A DNA stretch of 64,000 nucleotides from Octopus sinensis (lineage: Eukaryota), in contig NC_043006.1 in the NCBI RefSeq assembly GCF_006345805.1, positions 95,046,001-95,110,000 of the forward strand. Reading direction: 5' to 3'. The notes beneath the pieces were generated by a model that saw nothing but the letters and a program-made list of their open reading frames with translations, was not told the DNA's origin and did no database searches. The first letter of the stretch is position 1; every line of letters begins with the position of its first letter. The position numbers were made by a program, and so were the translations under genes. Below are positions 51,985-64,000 of this stretch, one piece after another.

Positions 51985-53808
51985 ATCTATACAGGAACAG
52001 GGGAAAAATTCAAACATGGAACAATAACGTATTTTATTTCGGTTGATCCATTCGTGATAAATAAGTTTTCCCTACATCCACTTCTTTCATCGGACAAAAT
52101 GAAATTGATATGACGAACTGACAACTATCTGGAGAGCGAGACAGAAAAAAACAATTCGCTATATAGTATTTCCCATTGTTCAGGCTATGGTGTATTTTCA
52201 GACGGATATGAATAGCGGTGTCATGATAACATAATTGCACCCTTCCACAATTCTTTCCCCATTCCATTTTGCTCCCCAGCACATTACAGCACACTTCTAC
52301 ACAGCTATCCCACAGATTATATGCATCAGTATGTGCACACAAACCTCCACGTAGATTGAACCTATAAACACTTACATCACGTTTGCACGTGCATGCAACC
52401 ACACTGATACACCCAATGGCTCGACTTACAATCACAGCGCGAACCTATCATCATTTCGCACTTTTCTCTACCATGCACTGCACGTGTATGATGCGCATAC
52501 GTCTCCCTCGCTTCTCAACTGAGGATCCTATAAAACCATCCTATAATACAACATATTGTATTATATATATTTGCATAAATATAACCACGAGAATGCATGT
52601 GTGAGTATGTGTGTCTTGTGTGTGGTCTGAGTATATATTTGTGTTATTTGTTTGTATTGTTGTGAATAGTTCAGTTCACGGTACTTCTTGACCTACTTTG
52701 CTTGGCTTGGAGACTGAAAGTCTACAATACAAAGTTATAGTCCTTTGTTTTAGAAAGAGTAATGAGCTTTTAGGGGACCTTTGGCCTTGTGCCGGTCGGG
52801 GAAAGTTCGTTGTAAACACCCCTTAAAAGGGAAGAAGTTTGAGCTGTAAAGACAGTCGGCCGGAAGTCGAGGAGAGTGCAAGTTGTTTCTGCTGTGAGAG
52901 ATGAAAATGCAGTTGACAGTTCCAGCGACAGATTGGGGTAGGAACATGCCAGAGGGAAGCGCAGAGAGAGACAGACAGACAGTCATGAGAGAGTGAACAG
53001 TTGGGATTGTACAGCGAGTTAGTAATGGGTTGTTCTGCTGTGACAGAGGAAGACAGGCAGAGAAGATTAAGGGACTGGGAGAGATTACGGCGAGAAGGCA
53101 TGGCTATTTGTAGTGGGAGTTTGTAAACGAAGAACTTACGGTATGTGTTTTGTTTATGTTGTTGATATGTTATAAAGAAAAGGCTAAAGAAATGTATAAA
53201 GACATTGTGAATTAAGGAAATGTAAAAGAGTTGTTGTGCGGAGTAAAGGACTTGTTGATGTGTTAATGAATTAATGTGAAAAGAAATGAGACAGTATAAA
53301 GACATTACGTTAAAGAATCGAACATTGTGAATTGTGTTGAAATGTGAATTATGTAAAAAGGATTGTATTGATACGTGTTACAAAAAAAAAGAGAAAGAAG
53401 AAAAAGAAGGAAAAAGACAAGAAAGACTCTGTTGTAGTCTGAAAAGAATTTAACGAACATTGAACGTATATGTGTTAATTGTCCTCTGAACTGTATATGC
53501 CTTTAATGTGATTTGAAACAGAACTGTTGTCTCCGGACTGTATATTGCATCAATCTGAACCGTTATTGTACCCGAATGCTGTTGTATACCTGTATTGATT
53601 TGCTGTTTGCTTTAAATGCTGTTTTCTTGCATGTATTTCCTCTTTTATGTACCTGATAAGTATCTTGATGTATTTTATGTAACAATTATAAACTGTCGTT
53701 AAATGTAAGCCAATTGCCTTGCCCTCTTTGTGTTGCCTCTGTATCTCTTCCTGCTGTTGTTGTTGTTGTTGTTGTCTCTCTCCTCTCTGTGTTCCGTGGC
53801 GAACTTTC

Positions 53809-53882
53809 GCCGATCGATCGAGCCTGGTCAATCGTCGTCGCTCGGCTTGTTGGGATCCCGGGTTCGAGTTCGGGCGACGGCA
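53809..53882 (+). tRNA. tRNA-like pseudogene or motif (74 nt); identity not assignable
   Basis: GCCG(A)TCG/CGACGGC acceptor-like stem with discriminator A, TGGT D-loop and GGTTCGAGT B-box. T-stem and anticodon stem are imperfect. Confidence 0.3.
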
Positions 53883-53937
53883 GGTGGGATTCCGTAGCAA
53901 CTTTTGGGGGATCCCGTAACAGTATGTATATGGATAT

Positions 53938-54303
53938 GTGGAGGCACAATGGCCCATTGGTTAGGGCAGCAGACACGCAGTTGTAGGATCGCGGTTTCGA
54001 TTCCCAGAGCAGGCGTTGTGAGTGTTTATTGAGCGAAAACACCCAAAGCTCCACGAGACTCCGGCAGGGATGGGGTGGCGAACCCTACTGTACTCTTTCA
54101 CCACAACTTTCTCTTACTCTTTCTTCCTGTTTCTCTTGTAGCTGTATTTCAAAGGGCCAGCCTTGTTACACTGAATCTCCCCGAGAACTACGTTAAGGGT
54201 ACACGTGTTTGTGTAGCGCTCAGCCACTTGTACGTTAAATTGACGAACAGGCCGTTCCGTTGACCGGATCAACTGTAACCCTCGTCGTCGTAACCGACGG
54301 AAT
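53938..54303 (+). mobile_element. tRNA(Arg-like) SINE family B, tail type 2
   Basis: gtggaggcacaatggcccattggttagggcagc...ggtttcgattcccag...ctcgtcgtcgtaaccgacgg. Confidence 0.88.
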
Positions 54304-54334
54304 GTCACGATATCAATATACGCACGTCATAATA

Positions 54335-54945
54335 TTGAGGTTATTATCATCAAATGTCGCCTTAGATGGGCAGGTCATGTCCACCGCATGAAGAGTATTG
54401 GACTGCCACGTCATATTCTCTACTGTGAACTCAGTACTGCAAAGGAGTCACACGGGTATCCCGTGCGATACTACAATAATCGGCTGAAAAACACGATGAA
54501 GAACATTCATATTGACCATAAATGCTGAGAACACCATGCGGATAACAGAACAGTGAGGCTTCACATCACCAAGACTGGTTTCAAGCATTTTGAAATATAT
54601 CCGTTTCTACTCTAGGCAAAAGGCCCGAAATTTTGGGGGAGGGTAACAGTCGATTAGATCCGAAAGGATGAAAAGCAAAGTCGACTTCGGCAGAATTTGA
54701 ACTCAGAACCTAAAGACAGTCGAAATACCGCTAAGCATTTCGCCCGGCGTGCTAACGCTTCTACCAGCTCACCGCCCTACCATTTTGAAATATTTCATCG
54801 AAGAAATGTAGAAAATTAATGGTCACGATGAGAGAACTACCAACTCAAGTGAAAGCGCTTGCTGACCACCAAGTGTGACCTCTGTGAAATACTGTTCAAC
54901 GCAAAAGTCGGTCTTTTCTGCCATCAAAGACACATGAGGAAATAC
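54335..54945 (+). mobile_element. RTE-clade LINE 3' fragment interrupted by a family C SINE
   Basis: RLRWAGHVHRM...LPRHILYCEL...LKNTMK...GFKHFE, then CDLC..F..KVGLFCHQRH. Confidence 0.8.
54599..54780 (-). mobile_element. Family C SINE with 13-bp TSD
   Basis: cattttgaaatat at 54586-54598 and 54781-54793. Confidence 0.85.
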
Positions 54946-55671
54946 AAATGAAGAAAGAAATGCTCAGAAACGAAAAGAATCCGAGAAAGACGTGTATACA
55001 CATTTATATTCTGGGTGTAACATACTGTATGACTGTTGTGCACAGTGATACAGATACTTTGTCTACTCGAAACGCAACAGATTATATCTATTCTCTACAA
55101 TCATGAAAAAATAAACCGTGTCTAGATTTCATTACAGAAGCGCAATCACGCAAACACCGGTATCATGAATTCACCACTCCCCATTCAGTATTTCTTCATT
55201 GATTTCCCTCTCTTCCATTCATATCCTCTTCCCCTCTTCCTTTCTCGATATCTCTCTCCCCATCTATCCTCTTCCCCTCGTTCTCTTTCTATCTCGCTTC
55301 CCACTGCCGTCATATGACCAAGATTGTGTGAGATTTTCGATCCATCTACTCCACACTTCGACATCCATTTTAAACTTGACCTGCACTGTTTTTAACGGAC
55401 ATCAAAAATTTGGCAACGAATGCTTAAAAAAATGTCTCTGATAAAACTTTACTCTCTATTTCCCAAAGGCTATCACTCGAAACCTTTATATTCTCGTCTA
55501 TTTATTTCAATGACGTATCTATTTTCAATGTGCTCTTTGCATTTTGAAAATTATATAGTAAATTCTAGGTATTTTAATCACGTGTTTTACTTGTCTCCCT
55601 CCTCGGAAAAATATGTTTATTTATCTCCTCCTTGCCTTATAAACTTACTCGTGGCATTTATATACTTTTCA

Positions 55672-55804
<133 letters not shown>

Positions 55805-56377
55805 GATCTACATGTCTACTTACCTATCTACTTACCTATCTAGTTATCGATATATGAACTTATTTACAATTCATCTATTTACTTTATGTGTGTGTTCATA
55901 CACACACCATATATGTGTGTTTGTGTGTTATGCACCATAAAACAAATCAAATGATGATATTTAGCTTGATGTAATTTATTAGTCATGATTGTAATAACAT
56001 CGCATTAAAATAATTACACTACATCTAACACCAATAAAAGCAAGTACTCAAGATACAAAAAAATATAAAATGGATATCGTATATAATATTGTTTATATTT
56101 AGATTTCCTGTTAATGTTGTTAGTGTTATTATTAACATCAATATGACTGTTACTCTAGGTAGCGATGGCAACGGGCTTAGATAATGAAAAAAATAAAAAG
56201 AAGGATAGTTGGAATCTCCAATATGGTCTGTATGTATATCTATTCAACAGATATACATATTTATATAGCTATTTGTCTGTATTCCCTCTCTCACTCACTT
56301 TGTGTATATGGAAGTCGCTATCTGAACATTTATGTGTCTCCCTCTCGGTAACCATATATAGATATATTCCTTTTACT

Positions 56378-56419
<42 letters not shown>

Positions 56420-56422
56420 ATA

Positions 56423-56808
56423 TAATTAATCAATATAGGGTGGCAAAAAAATTTTGTAGAATTCTTTTTGCCACCAGCGGCCTAGTGGGAAAAAATTAAA
56501 TAGTCATAGACCATTTTTAAGTTCAACATCAACAATCAAGGAACGGCCATGATAGGCCATTCAGCCACTAGAAATAACAGCCAAAGCTTCAACCGCAAAT
56601 AAAGATTAATTCCGTAAACAGGAGAAAATTTAAAAAATTTAAAAAATTTAAAAAACTTTAAAAAATTAAAAAAACTTTAAAAAAATGTTTTTTAAATGTT
56701 TTTTAAATTTTCTCCTGTTTACGGAATTAATCCTTATTTGCGGTTGAAGCTTTGGCTGTTATTTCTAGTGGGTGAATGGCCTATCATGGCCGTTCCTTGA
56801 TTGTTGAT
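56423..56808. mobile_element. ~210-bp hairpin-ended element with fold-back duplication (arms ~56528-56640 and ~56690-56808)
   Basis: gggtggcaaaaaa...tttttgccacc hairpin. Homologue at 60693-60903 in opposite orientation. Flanked by (TA)n. Confidence 0.7.
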
Positions 56809-56825
56809 ATATATATATATATATA

Positions 56826-57644
56826 TACGTTGCCATAGTGACGGAACTAAAGCACACAAAGTAAAGCCACCTAAGCACAGATTGATCTTGATCGCTACTG
56901 TACATGCGCACTAAGATTTAACGTTCTAGCTCACTTCTGGTATTTCCAGGAGTGCTTAGAAGGATGCTGTGTTGCGTCGCTGAGCAGAGAATCTAGATCA
57001 AATTTTGCCAAAAGCGATACCTGCTCCTGGCCTACGTAAAGTTTTCAGAAAGTTTTCATCGTTCTCGACAGAATGAAGGAGATCTTGTGCAACTGAAACC
57101 CGATCGTCTTTTTGGTCAGCTGAATGTAGTTTTGGCCCAAACATGACAGAGACGCGTCTCGTCCCCAAATCTTCAGCGATTATGGGCTGAACTGAACCGT
57201 AATTAATCGGTACAACCTATGATAACTCACAAATGGGGATTCAACGATTTCTCATCACAGCTGCACGCATCTTCAATGTTTTTCTCAGTTCTGCTGGTTG
57301 CAGGTTTCTCAGAACGTTCGTCAATAGGAAAATATTTTTGGCCATCTTGGAAATGTCTGAACCACTCGTACACTTGTGTACGGCCCTTAAACGTCTCTCT
57401 TTGCGTAGGTCTCTAATCGAGTATCGCCATGACAGCTTTTTCCGTCACGGACAAAGCGACGATCACACGCTACACACCTTCCTTCCATGCACTAGTATAA
57501 ACAGTGGAAGTTAGCTACAATGTTAAAATTTACTGCACATACACAAAAGGGATCAAGGTCAATCTGTGTCAAAGGACTTCACTCTGTGTGCTTTAGCTTC
57601 GTTACAATAGCAACAGTGTGGATGCTTATTGATCAGACCTCGTA
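56826..57644 (-). mobile_element. Internally deleted mariner transposon
   Basis: TIR tacgaggtctgatcaataag at the right end and a partial inverted copy at the left. Minus strand reads RTQVYEWFRHFQDG...ERSEKP and IIAEDLGTRRVSVMFGPKL..DQKDDRVSVAQDLL...DENFL. Confidence 0.88.
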
Positions 57645-57657
57645 AATATAGATATCG

Positions 57658-57690
<33 letters not shown>

Positions 57691-57704
57691 ATATATATAT
57701 ATAT

Positions 57705-57891
57705 ACGATAGATCTGTAGCCACTACATACATTTTTTCTCTCCTTGTTTCTTTCTGTGTTCCTTTCTGTGGAAGAGCGTAGGCTCGAACCGTTAAAGACT
57801 TTTTCAATTCCCAAGCGTTATACTAATACATCTGTTTGTTTTCTGCACCACTTGTCTTTGTCTTTTGTCTTTTTTTCGTGAATCCTCACTA
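57705..57891 (+). mobile_element. ~190-bp element with variant hammerhead-like core (family F3), copy 1
   Basis: cttt-CTGTGGA-A-GAGC-GTAG-GCTC-GAACC-GT-T-AAAG, within (TA)n. Confidence 0.6.
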
Positions 57892-57915
57892 TGTATATAT
57901 ATATATATATATATA

Positions 57916-57971
<56 letters not shown>

Positions 57972-57989
57972 CGTGTGTGTGTAAAGGCG

Positions 57990-58025
<36 letters not shown>

Positions 58026-58042
58026 GTGTGTGTCTGTGTGAG

Positions 58043-58375
58043 TGAGCATGGCTCAGTGGTTAAAGCGTCGAGCTTACGTTCGTGAGGTTGTGAGTTCGAT
58101 TCCGGAACCGGGCTGCGAGTTGTGCTCTTGAGCAAGGCAATTTATTTCACGTTGCTCCAGTTAACTCAGCTGTAGAAATGAGTTGCGATATCACTGTTGC
58201 CCGGCTGTATCGGCCCCTTTGCCTTTCCATTGTATATTATCAGTGGTGTGGAGGTTGGAGTCTGGTATGCCTGGGCGACTGCTGGCCTTCCACACACAAA
58301 CTTGTCCCGACTTGTGCCTCGGAAAGTAGATTCCTAGGTGCAATCCCATGGTCAGTCATGACTGAAGGGGATCTC
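58043..58375 (+). mobile_element. tRNA-derived SINE family D with CORE-like central domain (OR-type octopus SINE by recollection)
   Basis: gcatggctcagtggttaaagcg...gagttcgattcc...gttgtgctcttgagcaaggcaatttatttcacgttgctccagtt..ctcagctgt. Confidence 0.75.
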
Positions 58376-58391
58376 AGCAACATATATATAC

Positions 58392-58442
<51 letters not shown>

Positions 58443-58567
58443 TATACACATATATATATATATATGTATATATATATATTATATACATATATATATATAT
58501 ACATATATATACATAATATATATAATATATATATATACACACACATATATATATACATATATATATG

Positions 58568-58611
<44 letters not shown>

Positions 58612-58676
58612 ACATATATATATAATATATACATATATGTAAGACATGTATATATCCTACATATATAGGTATTTTA

Positions 58677-58708
<32 letters not shown>

Positions 58709-59053
58709 ATGCGCATATATAAACACACTTACAATAATGCATACACATATTTATCCATTACACATTTAAACATTTTTCACAGAGAAATCTTAAAAAATAA
58801 TTAGAAGACACGAAAAAGATAAAGATAAGGGTAGGGTGGGGGTGGAAGCATGGAAGCGAAGAAGGTACTAAGTAGAAGGTGAAGAAGTACAAGGACAGTA
58901 ACAAAAAAAGGAAAGAAAGCAGTAAACAAATAACAATAATTTTAACGATTATTTCTATTAATTAAAATATTGATTCGTTTTAGCAAAATTGGCGCCAAGA
59001 ATAATAATTATATATATTCACATGAAAAATAACAACAGCACATAGGACAACAA

Positions 59054-59094
<41 letters not shown>

Positions 59095-59322
59095 TGATGA
59101 TGATGATGATGATGATGATAATGGCTAGAGTAACAAATACAACGACAAGAGAAAAAAAACCTAAGCGAAACGCTTTGATTTAGAGTTATATATAGTTAAG
59201 TGGTAGAAAATGTTCGGTGCAAAAATGTGTTCAACAAACATTCATTCTGTGATAAAATATAGATGTACAAACTAATAGATATATTTTTGGATGTATACAA
59301 ATATACATTCATGCGCATGTAC

Positions 59323-59354
<32 letters not shown>

Positions 59355-59426
59355 TTGTGTGTATGTGTGTGTGTGTGTGTATATATATGTATATATGTAT
59401 GTATATATATTTATATAATATATATA

Positions 59427-59478
<52 letters not shown>

Positions 59479-59914
59479 GTATATATATATATGCATCTAT
59501 ATATATTATTTATAATATATATATGTGTGTCTGTGTGTATCTGCATATATGTATGTGTGAAGTAAAGAACGGTAGAGAAAGCAAGCTCATGAAGGAGTTT
59601 TACTTAGTAATAGAAGAATTTGAAAGAAGAAAAGAAGAAGAAGAAGAAGAAGAAGAAAAGAAGAAGAAGAAGAGGAAGGAGAAGAAGAAAGAGAAGGAGT
59701 AGACAAAGAAGAGGGAGGAGGAGAAGGAGAAGAAGAAGGAGAAGGAGGAGAAGACGGATGAGAAGAAGAAACGTTACAGAGCACGTGGTCGTTGTACGTA
59801 CGTTCATAGCTTATTATGTAGGATAACGAGAAACATCTTGTGACATATATACCTACGTAGGTGTGCACGCGCGTCTACGTGTGTGCGTCACGTATTTAAG
59901 CGTTTTGCATGAAT

Positions 59915-60225
59915 AGGGGTGGCTGTGTGGTAATAAGTTAGCTACCCAGCCACACGGGTCTATCCTACTGCGTATCATTTGGGGTAAGTGTGTTCCACTC
60001 TAGCAACAGCCTGGATTAGCACGCCGGGCGAAATGCGCTGCCGTATTTCGTCTGCCGTTACGTTCCGAGTTCAAATTCCGCCGAGGTCGACTTTGCCTTT
60101 CATCCTTCCGGGGTCGATAAATTAAGTACCAGTTACGCACTGGAGTCGATGTAATCGACTTAATCCGTTTGTCTGTCCTTGTTTGTCTCCTCTTTTTTTA
60201 GCCCCTTGTGGGTAGTAAAGAAATA
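59915..60225 (+). mobile_element. Family A SINE head fused to a family C SINE
   Basis: ggggtggctgtgtggtaataag at 59915, then family C body from ~60015 to gtagtaaagaaata. Confidence 0.75.
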
Positions 60226-60246
60226 TATATATATATATATATATTG

Positions 60247-60283
<37 letters not shown>

Positions 60284-60284
60284 T

Positions 60285-60324
<40 letters not shown>

Positions 60325-60692
60325 TGTGTGTGTTTGTTTGTGTGCAACAAACCCTACTTTCTTCCCAATAAGGGTTTAAGTGGCCATATATTTCACTGTT
60401 TACCTTAGTCAATGCATGGTGATCGCTTATAAGCTTTAAGCTTATAAGGTATTATTATTGTTAGTATGTACAGAAATGTAACATTCGGCACTGTTTACCA
60501 AATAATCCCAGAATACACGCACACACACGCACACCGATAATTTATAAACATAGCGACGTGTGCCTTAGCCGGACTGGCAAGACGCTAAGAAACATATTTT
60601 GATGTCTTAAAAGTCAAGTCACACGACAACTTCTATTCGTAAAATTGTGCGTCTCCACCAAATTGATATATAAATATATATATATATATATA

Positions 60693-60903
60693 TTGTTTTT
60701 AATTTTCCTTTGGTTTCTGAATTACTACTATTTATCGGTTTGAGTTTGGCTGCTCGTTTTAGTGAGTCGAATGGCCTATAAGGCCATTCCTTAATATTAT
60801 TGTTGAATGTACATTATATAGTCTGTTGACTATTTTTTCTTTCTCACTAGATTGCTGGTGGCGAAAAAATTTCTCTTGAATTTTTTGCTACCCTGATATT
60901 GAT
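60693..60903. mobile_element. Second copy of the ~210-bp hairpin-ended element
   Basis: Reverse complement aligns along its length with 56423-56640 (roughly 70% by eye). Confidence 0.7.
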
Positions 60904-61004
60904 TAAATATATATTATATATATATATGTGTGTGTGGGTGTTGTGTGTGTGTGTGTATGTGTGTGCGTTCGCGCGCCGCGTGTTATACCTATATACTTAC
61001 ACCT

Positions 61005-61064
<60 letters not shown>

Positions 61065-61065
61065 G

Positions 61066-61271
61066 CCATGATAGATCGCTAGACCTTTTTTAAAAATTTT
61101 CTCTCCCTGTTTATTTCTGCGTTCCTTTCTGTCGAAGAGCGTAGGCTCGAAACACAAAAGACATTCTCACTTCTCGAGCGTTAAACTAATACAACTGTTT
61201 CTTGTTTACACACCCGTCTACGTCTTTTGTTTTGTTTTGTTTTGTGTTTTTTCGTAAATTCTAACTCTATA
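61066..61271 (+). mobile_element. Family F3 hammerhead-like element, copy 2
   Basis: cttt-CTGTCGA-A-GAGC-GTAG-GCTC-GAAAC-AC-A-AAAG at 61125-61160. Confidence 0.6.
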
Positions 61272-61424
61272 GGTATGTATGTATGTATGTATATATGTAT
61301 ATATATTTATATATATATATGTATGTATGTATACATGTATATATATATGTATAAATATATATATAGATATGTTTATATATGTGTGTGCATGTGTATGTGT
61401 GTATGTATTTATGTATGTATGTGT

Positions 61425-61585
61425 GTGTGCGTCTTTGTCTTAGTGTTTGCCTACCACCACGATTTGACAAAGGAACCGATAAAATAAAAATAAAAGTACT
61501 GGGATGGATTCGTTCGACTAAAATTCTAAAAGGCATAGCCCCAACATGGGTGTAGCGTAATGACTGAAACAAGTAAAATATAAAA
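61425..61585 (+). mobile_element. SINE family A 3' body, decayed
   Basis: ttgacaaaggaaccgataaaat...gattcgttcgactaaa...aatgactgaaacaagtaaaa. Confidence 0.6.
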
Positions 61586-62064
61586 TAGGCACCCACATAT
61601 ATGTAGCAATGGCCACCTCGAGTCGATCAGATGCCACATAGCACTCGGAGCACCTGCACTCGGAGCACCTGTCTTCTCGACTGTAATCTGCAAGCATAAC
61701 TCAAATACTGACCTTCCTACACATTACGGTTCCCCCCCCTACAATTAGCTAATATGTATTTATATGGGTTTCGTAGTTTAGATCAATTCGTGTCCTTAAC
61801 TCTTTCAACTATAGCTACCAGATATGAATACTGCTGGTGTGATCTTAGCAGAAGAATCGGACAGAGGAACCGGACTATTGTGGGCACCTGATCAATCTCA
61901 ATTCAAATCCATTTGATTTCCAAAACTCGGGACATTGGTTTTAACTTGATCTTTGCTTACACATTATAGAGTGTAACTTTCGTGTTACTAAGCTTTCCGT
62001 ATGGGACTGCATATGTACAACACACGCGAACACATAGTGAAAGAAATGCTTCTAAGGTTACATT

Positions 62065-62440
62065 AGCTTCAAAGTTCATCCAAGACTGGGACCACGGGCC
62101 ATACGTCCCCTGCCCAATTCAAGATCACAACATACATGTACACTGCAACATAATTTTTTTTCCTTAACAGGCCCTGCCCTATTTAACATTGTCCCGAGAG
62201 AGATCAAAGAGGAAAAGGATCCCATCAACTTTAAACGGAGTCTGGATAGATTCCTTCAAAGAATACCAGATAAGCCACCCATAATTGGATACAACTCACC
62301 CAACAAGAACTCACTACTTGAACAAAACTTGACTTAAACAAAACTTGACTTAAACAGGATTCGAATAATCCTATCAGGTGGTGCTATCAAGTTAGACATG
62401 GCCTGGACTAATCTTTGGTCGAAACATATCTAAGTTACCA
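62065..62440 (+). mobile_element. CR1/L2-group LINE 3' end
   Basis: HPRLGPR...TLQHNF...GPALFNIVPREIKEEKDPINFKRSLDRFLQRIPDKP...GY...NSLLE, then a short 3' UTR ending gaaacatatctaagtta. Confidence 0.75.
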
Positions 62441-62982
62441 CAGCTCTATTTCAATACAATGTAAGGCCATGAGAGACCCATGCTGCCTTTCATTTTTGGC
62501 TTGTCCTATAGAATCACTTGCATTTTTCATATGCTCATTTCCGCCTGCCTTGTTCGGTGTATGCCTAACGTGCTGTTGTATTTTTCGTTCACGCATCCGT
62601 AGTAACTGTATCTTTTTCTCGTTTAATGCCTGTCATAAAACAAGCTTGTAAGGTGGTAAAATACACCATTTATGCATTCGCCTAAATGGTTCTGTATTTG
62701 CAAATGAATGACTCACCTACGATTCCGTGAATTTGGTGAACGACATTACCGTATTTATGACGCTGACACCGGTGTTGTCGTCAGAGGTGTCAACGGTTTT
62801 GCTTTTTGTGTTTACAGGAGTGAGAGGGCAGAGTTGTCGACTATGCTAATAATAGCTGGTTTTACTTGTTGCCTTTTTCAATTTGTTTGTATCCCTTTTA
62901 GTGATGATGTTGACGGCGAAGATGTTGAAATTGCTGTTAGTTTTGATTCTGCTATCGCCACTGGTTATATTGATGCTGATAA

Positions 62983-63025
<43 letters not shown>

Positions 63026-64000
63026 GCTTTTGTTGTTGTTGTTGTTGTTACTGCTGTTGCTGCTGCTTAGCTTTAGGTATCACGTTGACGGTGGTGTTTA
63101 ATTTGCTGGTTGCAAATGTTTTTATGGATTCTAAACCATAGGAAGGAAGCTTCGTCCCTAATAACAGTGAACCATACTCGAGCAAGTTCACTTCCACGGC
63201 AAAATCCACTATAAAACAGTAAAACAAAATATTAAATGTGTAAAATAACAGCAAATATATTCACATGTACATGACGGGGTGGGGGAAAATGCATGATGCG
63301 CTCCTAAGCATTCTCAATAGTCACTCGGTCAGAAAATTTGTGATGAAGGAATCAGTCGAAAGCATTGGTTCTAGTACTTGACTGGTACTGTAGTTTATCA
63401 ACTTCTAAAGGAGGAGAAGGAAAATTTGAACTCAGATCAATAAGCGACGGAACAAATTTCACAAACCGTTTTATCCGACTGTTCCACGATTCAAAATAGC
63501 TGGTCTATGATGCAATATCGAAACTAATACTCCGTTATTAATTATTGCCAAAAATATGATGGATATGGGCGACATTAGAAAGGCAAGTAACATAAATAGT
63601 GAAGAATTTACTTTGAGTCGAAATTTTTAAAAAAAGCGATAGTATACATGGTATAGAAGATATGGAAATATATGAAAGAATAGCGACTGCATGTCTTCAT
63701 GTCTTCAATTAATATCTGAGTACGAATGTTTAAGTATCCTCACTTTACTTCAATCCCCGACCCACATGTTGATGCTGAATATAAACCTATTCAACCGGTT
63801 CCCAATCTCCCCTTTCCCAAGTTTCCAATATATTTGCTGGAGCACCGTTGGTTCTTGTTTATCCTCTCATTCGTCTCCAAGAGAAAACTGAAGTCGACAA
63901 GGCCTTGATCTAAAAGTAAATAGTCTTCAGTTTTTGTTTTCTGTCACGTCTACCGCACAACGACGTTCACCAGAGCCAACAGAAAGCGATGAAATGTATA

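Noticed and set aside
61640-61672. 15-bp tandem duplication gcactcggagcacct
   Set aside because: An isolated local slippage with no further structure.
62395-62430. GGCC..GGTC-GAAAC as a hammerhead
   Set aside because: No upstream CUGANGA; better explained as the CR1/L2 3' UTR stem-loop.
63691-63908. Short ORFs near the window end
   Set aside because: 60-66 codons with no recognisable domain or reliable splice context.

Overview
AT-rich, repeat-saturated animal genomic DNA. The SINE and LINE complement resembles what I recognise from octopus genomes, so the taxon is an inference. I found no credible host protein-coding gene, rRNA, intact tRNA gene or CRISPR array. Most ORF-track entries are translations of (TA)n, (CA)n, (AAT)n, (GAT)n and (AGAT)n microsatellites. 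Recognisable coding remnants are all transposon-derived: Penelope-like GIY-YIG fragments, a Helitron PIF1-like helicase fragment, four Dong/R4 fragments, an RTE fragment, a CR1/L2-type 3' end, an L1/Tx1-type ORF1 with a zinc knuckle, and three mariner derivatives. At least four tRNA-derived SINE families are present. The most interesting signal is a set of small non-coding elements carrying minimal type-I hammerhead-ribozyme-like motifs (CUGANGA / stem II / GAAAC / short palindromic stem III), often with fold-back 5' ends like Penelope insertions. One family appears to be tRNA head-(AAT)n-hammerhead, and its internal (AAT)n is occupied in two of three copies by a ~550-bp AAT-associated retroposon, alongside Dong/R4 LINEs. 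One Helitron carries a decayed LINE ORF1 fragment. Scattered 1-nt indels suggest a noisy long-read consensus, so some duplications and frameshifts may be artefacts.
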